Shown: positions 30,412 to 39,854, numbered from the stretch's first letter. The stretch is DNA of 64,000 bases from an uncultured Candidatus Rokubacteria bacterium (GCA_963762145.1 CAVXJS010000019.1:96001-160000); one strand, 5' to 3'. Notes: generated by a model not told the origin, from the sequence alone. Numbers and translations are program-made.

Positions 30412-31026
30412 TCAGACCGCCCCGGAGCCGGACAGGGGCCGGGCGGCCGCATCGTCGTCGAGATGGGTGGCGCAGTTGAGCAGCTGCACGCGCCACGGAG
30501 CAGGGTGCTCGACAATCGTGAGCGCGGTGTTCTCCCAGCGCTCGGGGACCTCCTCGCCGTCGGGCAGGATCAGGTGGCGGGCGGCCAGCGAGCGGCAGAC
30601 CAGCCCGTGGGTCACGACCGCCAGATGCCCGCCGGTGCCCGCGGCACGCTCCTGGATCAGCTTCCAGGCCCGGTCCACCCGCGCGTGGAACACCTCCCAG
30701 GTCTCCCCGTTGGGCGGCGCGTAGTCGAGCGCGAACATGTCGAAGCCGAGGCTGGCGTAGGGCGTGCCGCGGATGTCGCCGAAGTTGCGCTCCTGGAGCA
30801 GGGGATCGTGGAGGACCGGGAGGCCGGTGACGCGGGCCAGCCACTCCGCGGTCTGCGCGGCGCGCGCGTAGTCGCTCGCCAGGATGGCGCCGATTCCCTC
30901 GCGCTCGAGCCGGCGCGCCAGCCGCTCGGCCTGGGCGATGCCGCGGGGGGAGAGCGGGTTGTCGGGAAGCTGCACGGTGCGCGAGGCGTTGCCGAGCGTC
31001 TCGCCGTGCCGGATCAGGAAGATCAG
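30412..31026 (-). CDS. Histidine phosphatase family protein (probable CTG start)
   Basis: IFLIRHGET lies upstream of the ORF-track start; ERNFG and VVTHG motifs. Confidence 0.85.
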   Translation of the reverse strand: MIFLIRHGETLGNASRTVQLPDNPLSPRGIAQAERLARRLEREGIGAILASDYARAAQTAEWLARVTGLPVLHDPLLQERNFGDIRGTPYASLGFDMFALDYAPPNGETWEVFHARVDRAWKLIQERAAGTGGHLAVVTHGLVCRSLAARHLILPDGEEVPERWENTALTIVEHPAPWRVQLLNCATHLDDDAAARPLSGSGAV

Positions 31027-32219
31027 ATCACGCTCTCGCCGCGCAGACCCTGGATGTCCGCCGGGCTGTAGCCGAGGCCCGCGAGGATCTCGGCGCTGTG
31101 CTGGCCGAGCTTCGGCGCGGCTCGCCGCACCGCCACGTCGCTGGCCGACAGGCGGATCGGGGTGCGGATATGCGGCACGCGGCCCAGCTCGGCGTCATCC
31201 GCGTGGACCACCATCTCGCGGTGCTGTACCTGAGGGTCGGAGAAGAGCTGCTCGTAGTTGTACACGGGCCCGCAGGGCACGCCCGCGTCGTCGAGCACCT
31301 TGGTCCAGTGCGAGGTCGGCGCGGTCGCCAGCACCGCGGTGATCTCCTTCTCGAGCGCGAAGCGGTTCTTCCGCCGCTCGGGGGACCGGGCGAAGCGCGG
31401 GTCCTCGAGCCACTCCGGATGGCCGAGCGCGCGGGCGCAGCGCTGCCAGATGGACTGGCCGGCGGCCCCGATCATCATGTAGCCGTCCTTGGTCTCGAAG
31501 CGCTGGTAGGGCGCGTTCTGCCGGTGGCGCGAGCCCATGCGGACGGGCTCGACGTGGTCGGCCAGCCAGCCCGCGCTGGTCCACGAGGAGAAGCCGACCG
31601 CGGTCTCCAGCAGCGAGCACTCGACCTTCTGCCCCTGGCCGGTGCGCTGGCGCTCGTAGAGCGCGGCCAGCACCCCCTGCGCGCCCCACATGCCGGTGCC
31701 GAGATCGCAGATCGGCAGGCCCACCGAGGTGGGCGGGCCGTCGGGCTCGCCGGTGACGTGCATGATGCCGCCCATGCCCTGGGCGATGAGGTCGAAGCCG
31801 CCCTTCTCCCGGTACGGGCCGTCGGAGCCGAAGCCGGAGAGCTGGGCGTAGATCAGGCGGGGATTCACCTGCCTGAGCGTGTCCCAGCCGAGCCCGGCCC
31901 GGTCCATGACGGTGGGGCGGTAGTTCTCTACCAGCACGTCCATGGCGGGGATCAGCTTGAGGAAGATCTCGCGGCCGCGGGCGCCCTTGTAGTCGAGCGT
32001 GAGGCTCTTCTTGTTGCGGTTGATGTAGCGGAAGTAGGGATTGCGCTCGCTGCCGTCGCCCATGCCGCGCGAGGAGTCGCCCGCGCCGGGCCGCTCGAGC
32101 TTGATCACGTCGGCGCCCATGTCGGCCAGGATCATGGTGCAGAACGGGCCCGCCATGTGCTCGGTCATGTCGAGCACCTTCACGCCGTCGAGCGGGCCCC
32201 GCGGGTTCCGATCAGCCAT
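31023..32219 (-). CDS. CaiB/BaiF family III CoA transferase
   Basis: ADMGADVIKLE, NRNKKS, GFDLIAQ and APKLGQH motifs. Confidence 0.92.
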   Translation of the reverse strand: MADRNPRGPLDGVKVLDMTEHMAGPFCTMILADMGADVIKLERPGAGDSSRGMGDGSERNPYFRYINRNKKSLTLDYKGARGREIFLKLIPAMDVLVENYRPTVMDRAGLGWDTLRQVNPRLIYAQLSGFGSDGPYREKGGFDLIAQGMGGIMHVTGEPDGPPTSVGLPICDLGTGMWGAQGVLAALYERQRTGQGQKVECSLLETAVGFSSWTSAGWLADHVEPVRMGSRHRQNAPYQRFETKDGYMMIGAAGQSIWQRCARALGHPEWLEDPRFARSPERRKNRFALEKEITAVLATAPTSHWTKVLDDAGVPCGPVYNYEQLFSDPQVQHREMVVHADDAELGRVPHIRTPIRLSASDVAVRRAAPKLGQHSAEILAGLGYSPADIQGLRGESVI

Positions 32220-32739
32220 GGTGTGGGATGCCTCCGATATCTCGCGCGTGGCCCAGCACGTGGGTCACCGCGATCTGGTGGAAGACGGTGGCGAGCGGGC
32301 CGACCACGCCCCCCGCCGAGCGGATGCGGCGCGCGAACAGCTCCTCGTCGGCGGCTTCCACCGCCCGGATCGTGGCCGCGCGGTTGGTCTCGAACTCGGC
32401 GAGCAGCGCGGCGACGGTCATGCCCTCGCGCTTGGCCACCTGGCGGTCGTTGTAGGCGTCGTTGCCGCCTTTCATCGTGCGGGTGGGCGGCGCCTCCTCG
32501 ACCGGCGCGGGCGGCGTGCGGGCGATGTCGATCAGCCGGGGATAGCTCCACTCGATGGACGCGATGTGGGCCAGGATCTGGCGGCCGTTCCAGCCGTTCT
32601 CGTAGCGGCCATCCTCGAGGCGGGCCGGGTCCATCGAGCGCACCAGCGCGATGACCTCGTCACGGCTCGCCGCGAGCGCGGCGAGCAGCTCGCGCTTCGT
32701 CGGAGCGGGCCCGTCGGGGATCGCGAGGTAGTCGGCCAC
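32212..32739 (-). CDS. DinB/MDMPI-family protein
   Basis: GWNGRQILAH and THVLGH His motifs. Confidence 0.75.
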   Translation of the reverse strand: MADYLAIPDGPAPTKRELLAALAASRDEVIALVRSMDPARLEDGRYENGWNGRQILAHIASIEWSYPRLIDIARTPPAPVEEAPPTRTMKGGNDAYNDRQVAKREGMTVAALLAEFETNRAATIRAVEAADEELFARRIRSAGGVVGPLATVFHQIAVTHVLGHARDIGGIPHHG

Positions 32740-32834
32740 GGGGGAAAGAGTGAAGCCATGTCCCGTGGCCTGTCAACCCTGACCGGAAGGTCGCGGACTC
32801 GCGCGTCAGGGCGCCCGCAGCTGCGGTGCTCTGA

Positions 32835-33335
32835 TTAGCTCGTGTAGCCGCGCGCCTGCATGCAGGCCGCGTAGGCGTTACGGTAGCGATCGTTGTGCTT
32901 TCCGTTCTCGTTCAAGCCATAGAGCGTCCCGCCTCCGGCGCCCACGAGGGCACCGATGACCGCGCCCTTGCCCGCGCCGCTCCCACCATCGACGACGGCG
33001 CCGCCCGCCGCGCCGACGGCGGCACCCGCGACCGCGCCGATCGCCCCGGAGATCACGGTGTCCTTGGTGTTCTCACGCTGGCCGGCCTGGGCCGCCGCGG
33101 ACTGGTTGCAGGTGTTGATCGCCGACTGCGTCGGCACCCCCGCTGCCGTCGGAACCGCCGGTGACGTGGCCACGCGCGGCGTCGTGCGGCCCGGCGCGAC
33201 GTCGACCACCTTCTTCTCGCTCTGCCCGCCGCTCCAGTTCGCCACGACGAGGCCCGCCGCGAGCGCGGTGGCGACCACGAGAGCCATCCCGATGGTGGTC
33301 AGCTTCCACGGATTCTTCCAGCTGTCAGTGTTCAT
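32835..33335 (-). CDS. Glycine-zipper membrane protein (YMGG-like)
   Basis: GAIGAVAGAAVGAAGGA...GAVIGALVGAGGG; C...YAACMQARGY. Confidence 0.8.
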   Translation of the reverse strand: MNTDSWKNPWKLTTIGMALVVATALAAGLVVANWSGGQSEKKVVDVAPGRTTPRVATSPAVPTAAGVPTQSAINTCNQSAAAQAGQRENTKDTVISGAIGAVAGAAVGAAGGAVVDGGSGAGKGAVIGALVGAGGGTLYGLNENGKHNDRYRNAYAACMQARGYTS

Positions 33336-33355
33336 GTCTGCAATCCTTCGTGGCC

Positions 33356-33400
33356 GCGCTATCAGCTTCGGCCGGTGCGGGGCAGTGGGCCTTGGGTTCA
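33356..33400 (-). promoter_or_regulatory. Island promoter with degenerate palindrome
   Basis: GTGGGCC-TT-GGGTTCA (33385-33400) abutting the -35 position, N17, TAGCGC. Confidence 0.45.
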
Positions 33401-33425
33401 CGGTAGAGGAAGCAGAGGCCTCGGT

Positions 33426-33935
33426 TCAGGGCCGCGCCCCCGCTGAGAAGGTCGCGCGCCGGTTGATGGCGCGACACGGCGCCGTCTTCTCCTTGCATGC
33501 GGGCCACCCCCCACCGCGCGACGAGATCATGATGCGATCCGCGAGCGCTCCCTTTGATACCAGATAGGTCTTGGCAGACTGGGCGCGCTGTTCGCCGACG
33601 CCTCGGCTGAACGGGCTATCCCCCGGCCCATCGGTGTGGCCCTCGATCAGGAGGACCCGAGTCCGATCCCCAAGTAGCCAGAGGGCATGCGCATCGAGGA
33701 TCTTCGTATCGCGCGGCCGGATCTGGGTCGTGCCCGCGGCAAAATGGATGGGTGGGAGGAGATCGTTCGCGACAGGGTCGAGGGCCGATACGACGGCCGC
33801 GCGCGACGGCATCGGCGGGGCCGTCGGGGCCGCCGGCGTTGCGGGGCGAATGAAGGGGGAGCCGGCGAAGGCCGGAGCAAGAGCCAGGACGGGCAGGACT
33901 ACCAGCCACGCGAGGGTCCTGACGTGCGTCGGCAT
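33426..33935 (-). CDS. OmpA/Pal-like peptidoglycan-binding protein
   Basis: IEGHTD, EQRAQSAKTYLVSKG and NRR motifs; signal peptide. Confidence 0.85.
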   Translation of the reverse strand: MPTHVRTLAWLVVLPVLALAPAFAGSPFIRPATPAAPTAPPMPSRAAVVSALDPVANDLLPPIHFAAGTTQIRPRDTKILDAHALWLLGDRTRVLLIEGHTDGPGDSPFSRGVGEQRAQSAKTYLVSKGALADRIMISSRGGGWPACKEKTAPCRAINRRATFSAGARP

Positions 33936-34009
33936 CTGCGCTCCGTGCCGGACGCTAGCCGGAGCTCGAGCGGACGGGCCTATCGCATCGCGACCAACCG
34001 CCTGTCTCG

Positions 34010-34594
34010 CTAGGCCGGGTCATAGGTCAGCTCGTTCTTGACGGCGCGGACACCGGACACACCACGGGCCAGTTCGGAGGCGCGGGCGCTGGCGCCGATG
34101 TTCGGCGTGACACCCGTGAGGGTGACGACCCCGCCATCGGTCCGGACGTCGATCTTGGTGAGCTGGGTGGTCTTCGCGAGGCTGGCTTCGATCTGGCGCG
34201 TGATGTCCTTGTCGGAGACGTCGGTCGCCTTGCGGTCGCCGACCGGAACGACCTGCAGGTCGTTCTTGACGGCCTTGACGTGCTCGAGGCCGCTCGCGAT
34301 GGATCCGGCCGCGGTCCTCGCCTCGTCCGAATCGACCTTGCCGCGGAGCATGACGGTGCCGCGGACGGTCTCGACGCTGACCTGTCCGCCCTTGACCCGC
34401 TCATCGGCGTAGAGCGCGATCTTGGTCTTGGCGGTCAGCCAGGAGTCGGTCACTTCGGTTGTTGCATCCCGGGCGGCGCTCTTGGCCTTCTGCTCGATCT
34501 TGTCGGTAGTGGATTGGGAGGTCGCGTGCGTCGGCGCGGCCAGGATCGTTGCCATTGCCAAGGCGAAGGCGCCGAGGAGGCCGAGATGGGGCAT
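34010..34594 (-). CDS. Dual BON-domain protein (OsmY-like)
   Basis: DSWLTAKTKIAL...VKNDL and DKDITRQI...GVRAVKNEL repeats; signal peptide. Confidence 0.9.
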   Translation of the reverse strand: MPHLGLLGAFALAMATILAAPTHATSQSTTDKIEQKAKSAARDATTEVTDSWLTAKTKIALYADERVKGGQVSVETVRGTVMLRGKVDSDEARTAAGSIASGLEHVKAVKNDLQVVPVGDRKATDVSDKDITRQIEASLAKTTQLTKIDVRTDGGVVTLTGVTPNIGASARASELARGVSGVRAVKNELTYDPA

Positions 34595-34601
34595 CGGCTT
34601 T

Positions 34602-34676
34602 CTACCGGAGCCCGAGGTAGCCGAGAATCGCGAATACGACGACCACGACGCCGATGATGTAGAAGATGTTGGACAT
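34602..34676 (-). CDS. 24-aa single-TM small protein
   Basis: MSNIFYIIGVVVVVFAILGYLGLR*; AAAGGAG RBS; below the ORF-track length cutoff. Confidence 0.75.
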   Translation of the reverse strand: MSNIFYIIGVVVVVFAILGYLGLR

Positions 34677-34699
34677 GTGTTTACTCCTTTCAGCTCTCG

Positions 34700-34759
34700 A
34701 CTGTACTCGGCAGGGAAGCCGAGGCCTAGGGGACCTAAGGTACGGGACCAAGGTCCAAT
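34700..34759 (-). promoter_or_regulatory. Island promoter with two tandem palindromic boxes
   Basis: TAGGCC-N17-TACAGT; boxes GGGGACC-TA-AGGTACG (34729-34744) and CGGGACC-AA-GGTCCAA (34743-34758). Confidence 0.65.
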
Positions 34760-34874
34760 GGCACGGCTTGGACCAGGCGCGATGCAGCGCCAGATTGCGG
34801 TGGCTCGTCGAGGAAGAGTAAGGGCCGGGGCGATGTACTCGCCCCGACCCGGGTTGCCTGCCGGTTCTCCCGCG

Positions 34875-35459
34875 CTAACTTCTCGGGCGGACCAGCACCT
34901 CGACTTGCCCGTCCCGCTGCGAGCACGGCTCGGCAGAGTCATTACACTTCGATCGCTGCGTTGCGAAGCCGCCCGTCTCCATGCGGTCGGCGGGGACGCC
35001 GGCGCGGATCAGCGCGTCACGAACGTTGCTGACTCGCTGCTGGCTCAGGGCTACGTTGTACTGATTGGTTCCGCGCAGGAGATCCGTGGATCCGTCGATT
35101 CCGAGCCGGACGGCCGGATTCTGCGTCATGTAGGTCGCGATCTCGGAGACCTTGCTCATCTCGACAGGCCGGATCTCCGCCTTGTCGTAGTCGAAGCGGA
35201 TGTCCTTCAGGGCGGTCCAGCGCGGAACGGCGGCGACGGGACCCTGCGAGCCGGGCATGCCGGGTTGACCCTGCGACCCGGTCAGCCCGGTCTGGCCCTG
35301 GGACCCGGTCATCCCGGCCTGCCCCTGCGAGCCGGTCATCCCGGTCGGGCCCTGGGGACCCGTCATTCCGGTCGCACCCTGGGGACCGGTCATCCCGGTC
35401 GGGCCCGCACAACCGATGGCGAACAGGCCGACTGCTGCAAACCACATTCGATGTCTCAT
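34875..35459 (-). CDS. Lipoprotein with collagen-like repeat and C-terminal OmpA domain
   Basis: Lipobox AIGC; 19 G-X-Y triplets; IRFDYDK and YNVALSQQR motifs. Confidence 0.85.
   Translation of the reverse strand: MRHRMWFAAVGLFAIGCAGPTGMTGPQGATGMTGPQGPTGMTGSQGQAGMTGSQGQTGLTGSQGQPGMPGSQGPVAAVPRWTALKDIRFDYDKAEIRPVEMSKVSEIATYMTQNPAVRLGIDGSTDLLRGTNQYNVALSQQRVSNVRDALIRAGVPADRMETGGFATQRSKCNDSAEPCSQRDGQVEVLVRPRS
35235..35405 (-). repeat. 27-bp period collagen-like tandem repeat
   Basis: (GxxGMTG[PS]Q)-like 9-aa unit repeated about six times. Confidence 0.85.
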
Positions 35460-35479
35460 CAGGTGATACCTCCACGATC

Positions 35480-35525
35480 ACGCTAGCAGCACGCCGGAGG
35501 CTTGCCTATTGGACCAATGGCCAAT
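35480..35525 (-). promoter_or_regulatory. Island promoter with palindromic box
   Basis: TTGGACC-AA-TGGCCAA (35509-35524) abutting TAGGCA-N17-TAGCGT. Confidence 0.7.
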
Positions 35526-35530
35526 CAGGG

Positions 35531-35875
35531 TCAGTTCGAGAAGAGGTTCGAGAAGAAGCCCGTGACGCTGCGCCCGACGTTGACGGCGCCATCGCGCGCG
35601 TTGCCCCAGGCGGTCTTCGCCGGCGGCTCGGCGGCCTTGCCCGCGTCTTTGAGTTTTTCACCGCTGTATTGGGCGCCTTCGGAAACCGTGCCGCCTATGC
35701 CCTTGGCGGTCTCTTCGACACCTTCCCCGATCTTGCCGTCGGGGATCTTCTTCGCGCCGCGCTCGACCTGTTCCGTGGCGGCCTTCACCTTCGAGTCGTC
35801 GGCCGCGAGGGCATAGCCGGATGCGAGGAGTGAGAACGAGAATACGAACGCCGTGATCGATGCGAGATAGTTCAT
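35531..35875 (-). CDS. Secreted hydrophilic protein, LEA/CsbD-like composition
   Basis: Signal peptide; A/G/K/E-rich amphipathic repeats; AAGGAG RBS. Confidence 0.7.
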   Translation of the reverse strand: MNYLASITAFVFSFSLLASGYALAADDSKVKAATEQVERGAKKIPDGKIGEGVEETAKGIGGTVSEGAQYSGEKLKDAGKAAEPPAKTAWGNARDGAVNVGRSVTGFFSNLFSN

Positions 35876-35921
35876 CTGGGCTCCTTTTCGTGGCCGTATG
35901 ACCGGCCATACCATACGGCTG

Positions 35922-35966
35922 AGTCTGGGCCGTTTCGGCCGACCTGCCTATTGGACCTTGGCCCAT
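35922..35966 (-). promoter_or_regulatory. Island promoter with palindromic box
   Basis: TTGGACC-TT-GGCCCAT (35951-35966) abutting TAGGCA-N17-CAGACT. Confidence 0.65.
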
Positions 35967-36002
35967 CCGTGGTCCACCGGCCCCCTGCTCGAGGCCACCC
36001 CT

Positions 36003-38819
36003 TTATCCGGCACGCGCCGTAGGCTCAGTGGCTGTCGCGAGGCCGTCACGATCAGCCAGAGATCGCAGGGGCTCGCCGGCGAGCTGGAAGAGCGTGGGCA
36101 AGACCACCAGGGAGGCGGTCAGCGTCGCCGTGGAGCCGATGACCAGCAACAAACCCAGGCTCCACACGCCCCGATGTTGCGCGACGAGCAGGCTGCCGAA
36201 GCCGGTGATGGTCGTGAGGCCGTTGAACATCACCGCCATGACAGTGCTGCGCGCCAGCCGTGATCCCCCGCCGTGCTCCGGCGCCGCGAGGGACCGGAGA
36301 ACAATGTACAGGCCATACTCGGCGGCAGAGCCGATGATGAGCGGCAGCGCCCAGACATTCACGAGATTGAACTTGAGCCCGGCCAGCTCCATGACACCGA
36401 CCGTCCACAGTGTTCCGAGAATCAGGGGCACCATCGCGAGGACGGTCTCCCGCACCCGGCGGATCATGAGCGCTGCGATGCCGGCAACGAGGACGAAGGC
36501 GTACGCCAGCCCCAGCCGGAACGAGCTCTCGATGAGGCGCGTCGCCTCGTACCCGACGACCGGCTGTCCGGTCGCGTTGGGGTCGACGGTCCGCAGCTCC
36601 TCCACGAAGCGGGCCTGGCTCGCGTAGTCCCAGGGGTCGTGCCGGGAGTAGACCTGGAGGAGCATTCGCCCGCTCTTGCCGATGAACCTTCGCCGCAGCT
36701 CTTCGGGCAGGTCGTCGAGCGTGAGCGGCGCCGGCCTTGTGGCAAGCTGGAGCCGCTGCCATTGCGTGGCGAAGTCGTCTGCAAGCCGCGCCTGGTAATC
36801 GGCGAGTGCGACTTCGAGCACGTGTCGCTCGGCGGTCGTGAGCCGTTCGAGAAGGGCAGCCGTCGCTCGAGAAATGACGAGGACCTCTTCCGAGGGCCCT
36901 CCCGGACCGCTTTTCGCTTTCGCGGCGTCCATGCGGCGCTTCAAGGTGTCGAGAGCCCGGGTGAGCTCATGCAGATCGAGGGGACGCGGAGCGCCCACGC
37001 GGACACTGTCGGCCACGTCTGCGAGGCGCTGAAGGAGCGCCAGCTTCTCGGCGTGCCGATCCGGCAACACCGACAAGACGCTCTGGACATCTGAAACGGA
37101 GGGCAGACGCTCGAACGCGGCCTGCTTGGCCTCGAGCTCCGGGAGCGACGTGGCCGTCGATAACGCGGCGAACACGGAGCGTCCCGCCGCGGCGGCCGCC
37201 TTCCTCTCCCAGACCACCGACTCGGTGTCGTTGGCCTGGAGATTCAACAGATTGTAGTCGAAGCTCACGCGTGGCGCGGCCCACAGCGACGCTCCGGTCG
37301 CGCCGACCGCCACGACGACGATGGTCTTCCGATAGCGCGCGAGCCACTCCAGCGCCGGGACCGCGCGCCGGCTGTCGTGGTCCGCCCGCGCCTCCGGCGG
37401 GCGCGCAGCGGCGGGCCGGCCGTCGACCGGCACGAGCAGGGGGGTGTTCTGCCAGCGGTCGATCAGCAACACGGCGGCCGGGAACACGGTCACCATCGAC
37501 AGGAACGAGAGCAGGATCGCCGTGCCGGAGATGAAACCGAAATCGCGGATGCCCTGGAACTCCGCCGTCATCAGGATGTAAAAGGTCACGGCAGCGGTGA
37601 GGGCCCCGAGCAGAATGCCGGGGCCGCTTCGCGCGGCGGTGCGCTCGAGCGCCGCGATGAACGTCCGACCGAGCACGCGCTCTTCTCGATACCGGAAGAG
37701 GAAGAAGGTTCCGTAGTCGGTGCCCAGGCCGACGACGACGGAGATGAACATCATGGAGAGGATGGAGAGCTGGCCGACCAGCAGCGTGATGACACCGAGC
37801 GACCAGCCGAGGCTGAGCGTGAGGACCACGACCATCGCACACGAGGTCAGGAGGTGCCGGAAGGCGAGCAACAACAGGCCGAGGGTGAGCACCAACGCGA
37901 GGGCACTTGCGATTTCGCCGTCCCGGATGGCGGCGCTCAGCTCGTCGCTGAAGAGCGCGGGCGCGCCGGTGACCCCGGCCTCGACCGATGGAAAGTCCTG
38001 GCGGAGGCTTGCGATCGCGCCCCGGACGGCGAGGATCGCCGCGCGCTCCGCGGCGAAGGTGCGCGGCGCGTCGGCGAGGTCGATCACGACGAACAGCAAC
38101 CGCCGGTCATGCGATAGGAAATGGCCGCGGTCGGGGGCGGGGGTGGTAGCGGCGAAGAGGCTCGCCCATGGTGAGCGGTACGGCTGACCGTCGATCCGCT
38201 GCGACATGTGGGTCAGGAGATCGTGAAGCAGACGGTTGGGCGCCGGGTTCGGCTCTTCCTCGGCGCCGGGGCCGAATACTCCGGGCAGGAAGGTGGCGCC
38301 TACGGACTGGTTGATGCCATCGAGCAGTTGGGCGAGCGTCGGGGTGGCGGCAAAGTCGCCGAGCAGGTCTTCGTGGCTGGCGACCGTGTGGAGGGTGTCT
38401 CGCAGCGTGTCTAGCGGCAGGTACAGCAGTGCGTGGGCTTCGAGGCGGTTGGCATCGATGTGATAGCTGATGCGCGCCGTGCCGAGGGCGCCGTCGCGGA
38501 GGAGTCGGGCCAGGCGGGCCGCGTAGGCGGTGGAAGTCTCGACCTCCGAGCTTTGGACAACCACGACGATGTCCTCGAGCTGGCCGAAATCCTCCGCGTA
38601 GTCCTTGTAGAGCGTGGCGTACCGCTCGTGGAGCGGAAGCAGGTGGAACTTGGACGTCTCGAGCGTCAGGGAATGCGCAGCGTAGCCGACGCCGAGCACG
38701 GAAGAGGCGAAGGCCACGAAGACCGTCAGCGCCGGCCGGGCGCAGCAAAAGTTCACGACGCGCTGCAGGAGCCGGCCCGTTAGCGACAGTGCAATCGGCG
38801 GGGATCGCCGTCCAGACAT
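36003..38819 (-). CDS. MMPL/RND transporter, HpnN-like
   Basis: GVTGAPAL, GLGTDYG, FDYNLLNLQ and GFGSLLVAQHRG motifs; two TM blocks. Confidence 0.85.
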   Translation of the reverse strand: MSGRRSPPIALSLTGRLLQRVVNFCCARPALTVFVAFASSVLGVGYAAHSLTLETSKFHLLPLHERYATLYKDYAEDFGQLEDIVVVVQSSEVETSTAYAARLARLLRDGALGTARISYHIDANRLEAHALLYLPLDTLRDTLHTVASHEDLLGDFAATPTLAQLLDGINQSVGATFLPGVFGPGAEEEPNPAPNRLLHDLLTHMSQRIDGQPYRSPWASLFAATTPAPDRGHFLSHDRRLLFVVIDLADAPRTFAAERAAILAVRGAIASLRQDFPSVEAGVTGAPALFSDELSAAIRDGEIASALALVLTLGLLLLAFRHLLTSCAMVVVLTLSLGWSLGVITLLVGQLSILSMMFISVVVGLGTDYGTFFLFRYREERVLGRTFIAALERTAARSGPGILLGALTAAVTFYILMTAEFQGIRDFGFISGTAILLSFLSMVTVFPAAVLLIDRWQNTPLLVPVDGRPAAARPPEARADHDSRRAVPALEWLARYRKTIVVVAVGATGASLWAAPRVSFDYNLLNLQANDTESVVWERKAAAAAGRSVFAALSTATSLPELEAKQAAFERLPSVSDVQSVLSVLPDRHAEKLALLQRLADVADSVRVGAPRPLDLHELTRALDTLKRRMDAAKAKSGPGGPSEEVLVISRATAALLERLTTAERHVLEVALADYQARLADDFATQWQRLQLATRPAPLTLDDLPEELRRRFIGKSGRMLLQVYSRHDPWDYASQARFVEELRTVDPNATGQPVVGYEATRLIESSFRLGLAYAFVLVAGIAALMIRRVRETVLAMVPLILGTLWTVGVMELAGLKFNLVNVWALPLIIGSAAEYGLYIVLRSLAAPEHGGGSRLARSTVMAVMFNGLTTITGFGSLLVAQHRGVWSLGLLLVIGSTATLTASLVVLPTLFQLAGEPLRSLADRDGLATATEPTARAG

Positions 38820-38822
38820 GGG

Positions 38823-39536
38823 TCACCGGGCCAGCTGTCCTCCGGAAGAGCCCGTTGCGGGCGCTGCGAAGCCGATTTGGCGTGATCTGAGTCTTGCCAC
38901 CAGGGCTTCATAGGAATCGGTCCGGACGACCTTGTTGAATTGTGATCGGTAACTCGCCACGAGGCTGATGCCGTCGATGCTGAGGTCGTAGACTTGCCAG
39001 CGGTCCCGGGGGCGGTGCATCCGGTAGTCGAGCGACATCCTGCCGCCTTTGCCGAGGAGGAGCGTCGTCCGCACGACGGCCTGGGACCCATCAACCACGT
39101 CATCCTGGAAGGTCATCTCGGAGTTGTACTGGTCCACCTTGGAGATGTACGTGCGCTGGAGGAGCTCGGTGAACAGGCGAACGAACTCTTCACGTTCGGC
39201 CGGCGTGCGCTGGGCCCAGTGTTGCCCGAGGGACCGCTTCGCGGTCTCGCCAAAGTCGAAGATCTCGTCGGCAACCTTGTTGACCGCGGCGCTGCGCTCA
39301 TTGAACTTGGTATCGCCGCTCAGCGCCGGGTCCCTGAGGATCTTGACCACCCGTTCGACTCCATCGCGGAGCTGATCGGTGGGGGGGCCTGCCCACGCGC
39401 CCTGAACCCAAGGGAGCGCGAAGAGCGCTAGCAGGATCAGGAGAACCGTGTGTAGAACGACCGTGACAGTCGGCGCGGATACCGAGGCGTCACGGAGCGT
39501 GCACCGCTTCGTCGGGGAGTTCCGGTATGGAGCCAT
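38823..39536 (-). CDS. MlaC/Ttg2D (HpnM-like) lipid-binding periplasmic protein
   Basis: IFDFGETAKRSLGQHW and WQVYDLSIDGISLVASYRSQF motifs; start uncertain. Confidence 0.88.
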   Translation of the reverse strand: MAPYRNSPTKRCTLRDASVSAPTVTVVLHTVLLILLALFALPWVQGAWAGPPTDQLRDGVERVVKILRDPALSGDTKFNERSAAVNKVADEIFDFGETAKRSLGQHWAQRTPAEREEFVRLFTELLQRTYISKVDQYNSEMTFQDDVVDGSQAVVRTTLLLGKGGRMSLDYRMHRPRDRWQVYDLSIDGISLVASYRSQFNKVVRTDSYEALVARLRSRQIGFAAPATGSSGGQLAR

Positions 39537-39648
39537 TGTCTCCTCCCACTCCAGCAGCTGGAGGATGCCGGATCTGATCCACTGCTCGGCGGTCTCGGTG
39601 ATGACGACGTCATCTCCTCCGTGCGGCTCGGCACCTGTTTTTGCCTCC

Positions 39649-39693
39649 ACATTAAGGCTCCGTCGGAGGGCCGCCTAGTGGACCTTGGTCCAG
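39649..39693 (-). promoter_or_regulatory. Island promoter with palindromic box
   Basis: GTGGACC-TT-GGTCCAG (39678-39693) abutting TAGGCG-N17-TAATGT. Confidence 0.7.
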
Positions 39694-39808
39694 TAGGTGG
39701 CCGCCATCTTTCGGCAGCATCTCGCCCTTGCCGACCTCAGTGTTCGCCTGTGTTGCTTCGCGTCAACGAGTGGCGAGGCCCAGGAGGGGTTGGGCTTGCG
39801 GGGGAGGA

Positions 39809-39854
39809 TTGGACCAAAGGCCAATATGTGACGTTCCTACTGGGCGGTTAGCGT
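39809..39854 (+). promoter_or_regulatory. Divergent island promoter for the PilZ gene with palindromic box
   Basis: TTGGACC-AA-AGGCCAA (39809-39824), TATGTG-N18-TAGCGT. Confidence 0.6.

Noticed and set aside
33952-33998. Island-type promoter upstream of the OmpA gene
   Set aside because: TAGGCC and TAGCGT are present but spaced 19 nt, with only a weak half box, so it is not counted among the six sites.
35235-35405. Periodic repeat as a CRISPR array
   Set aside because: It is an in-frame 27-bp coding repeat with no unique spacers and no cas genes.
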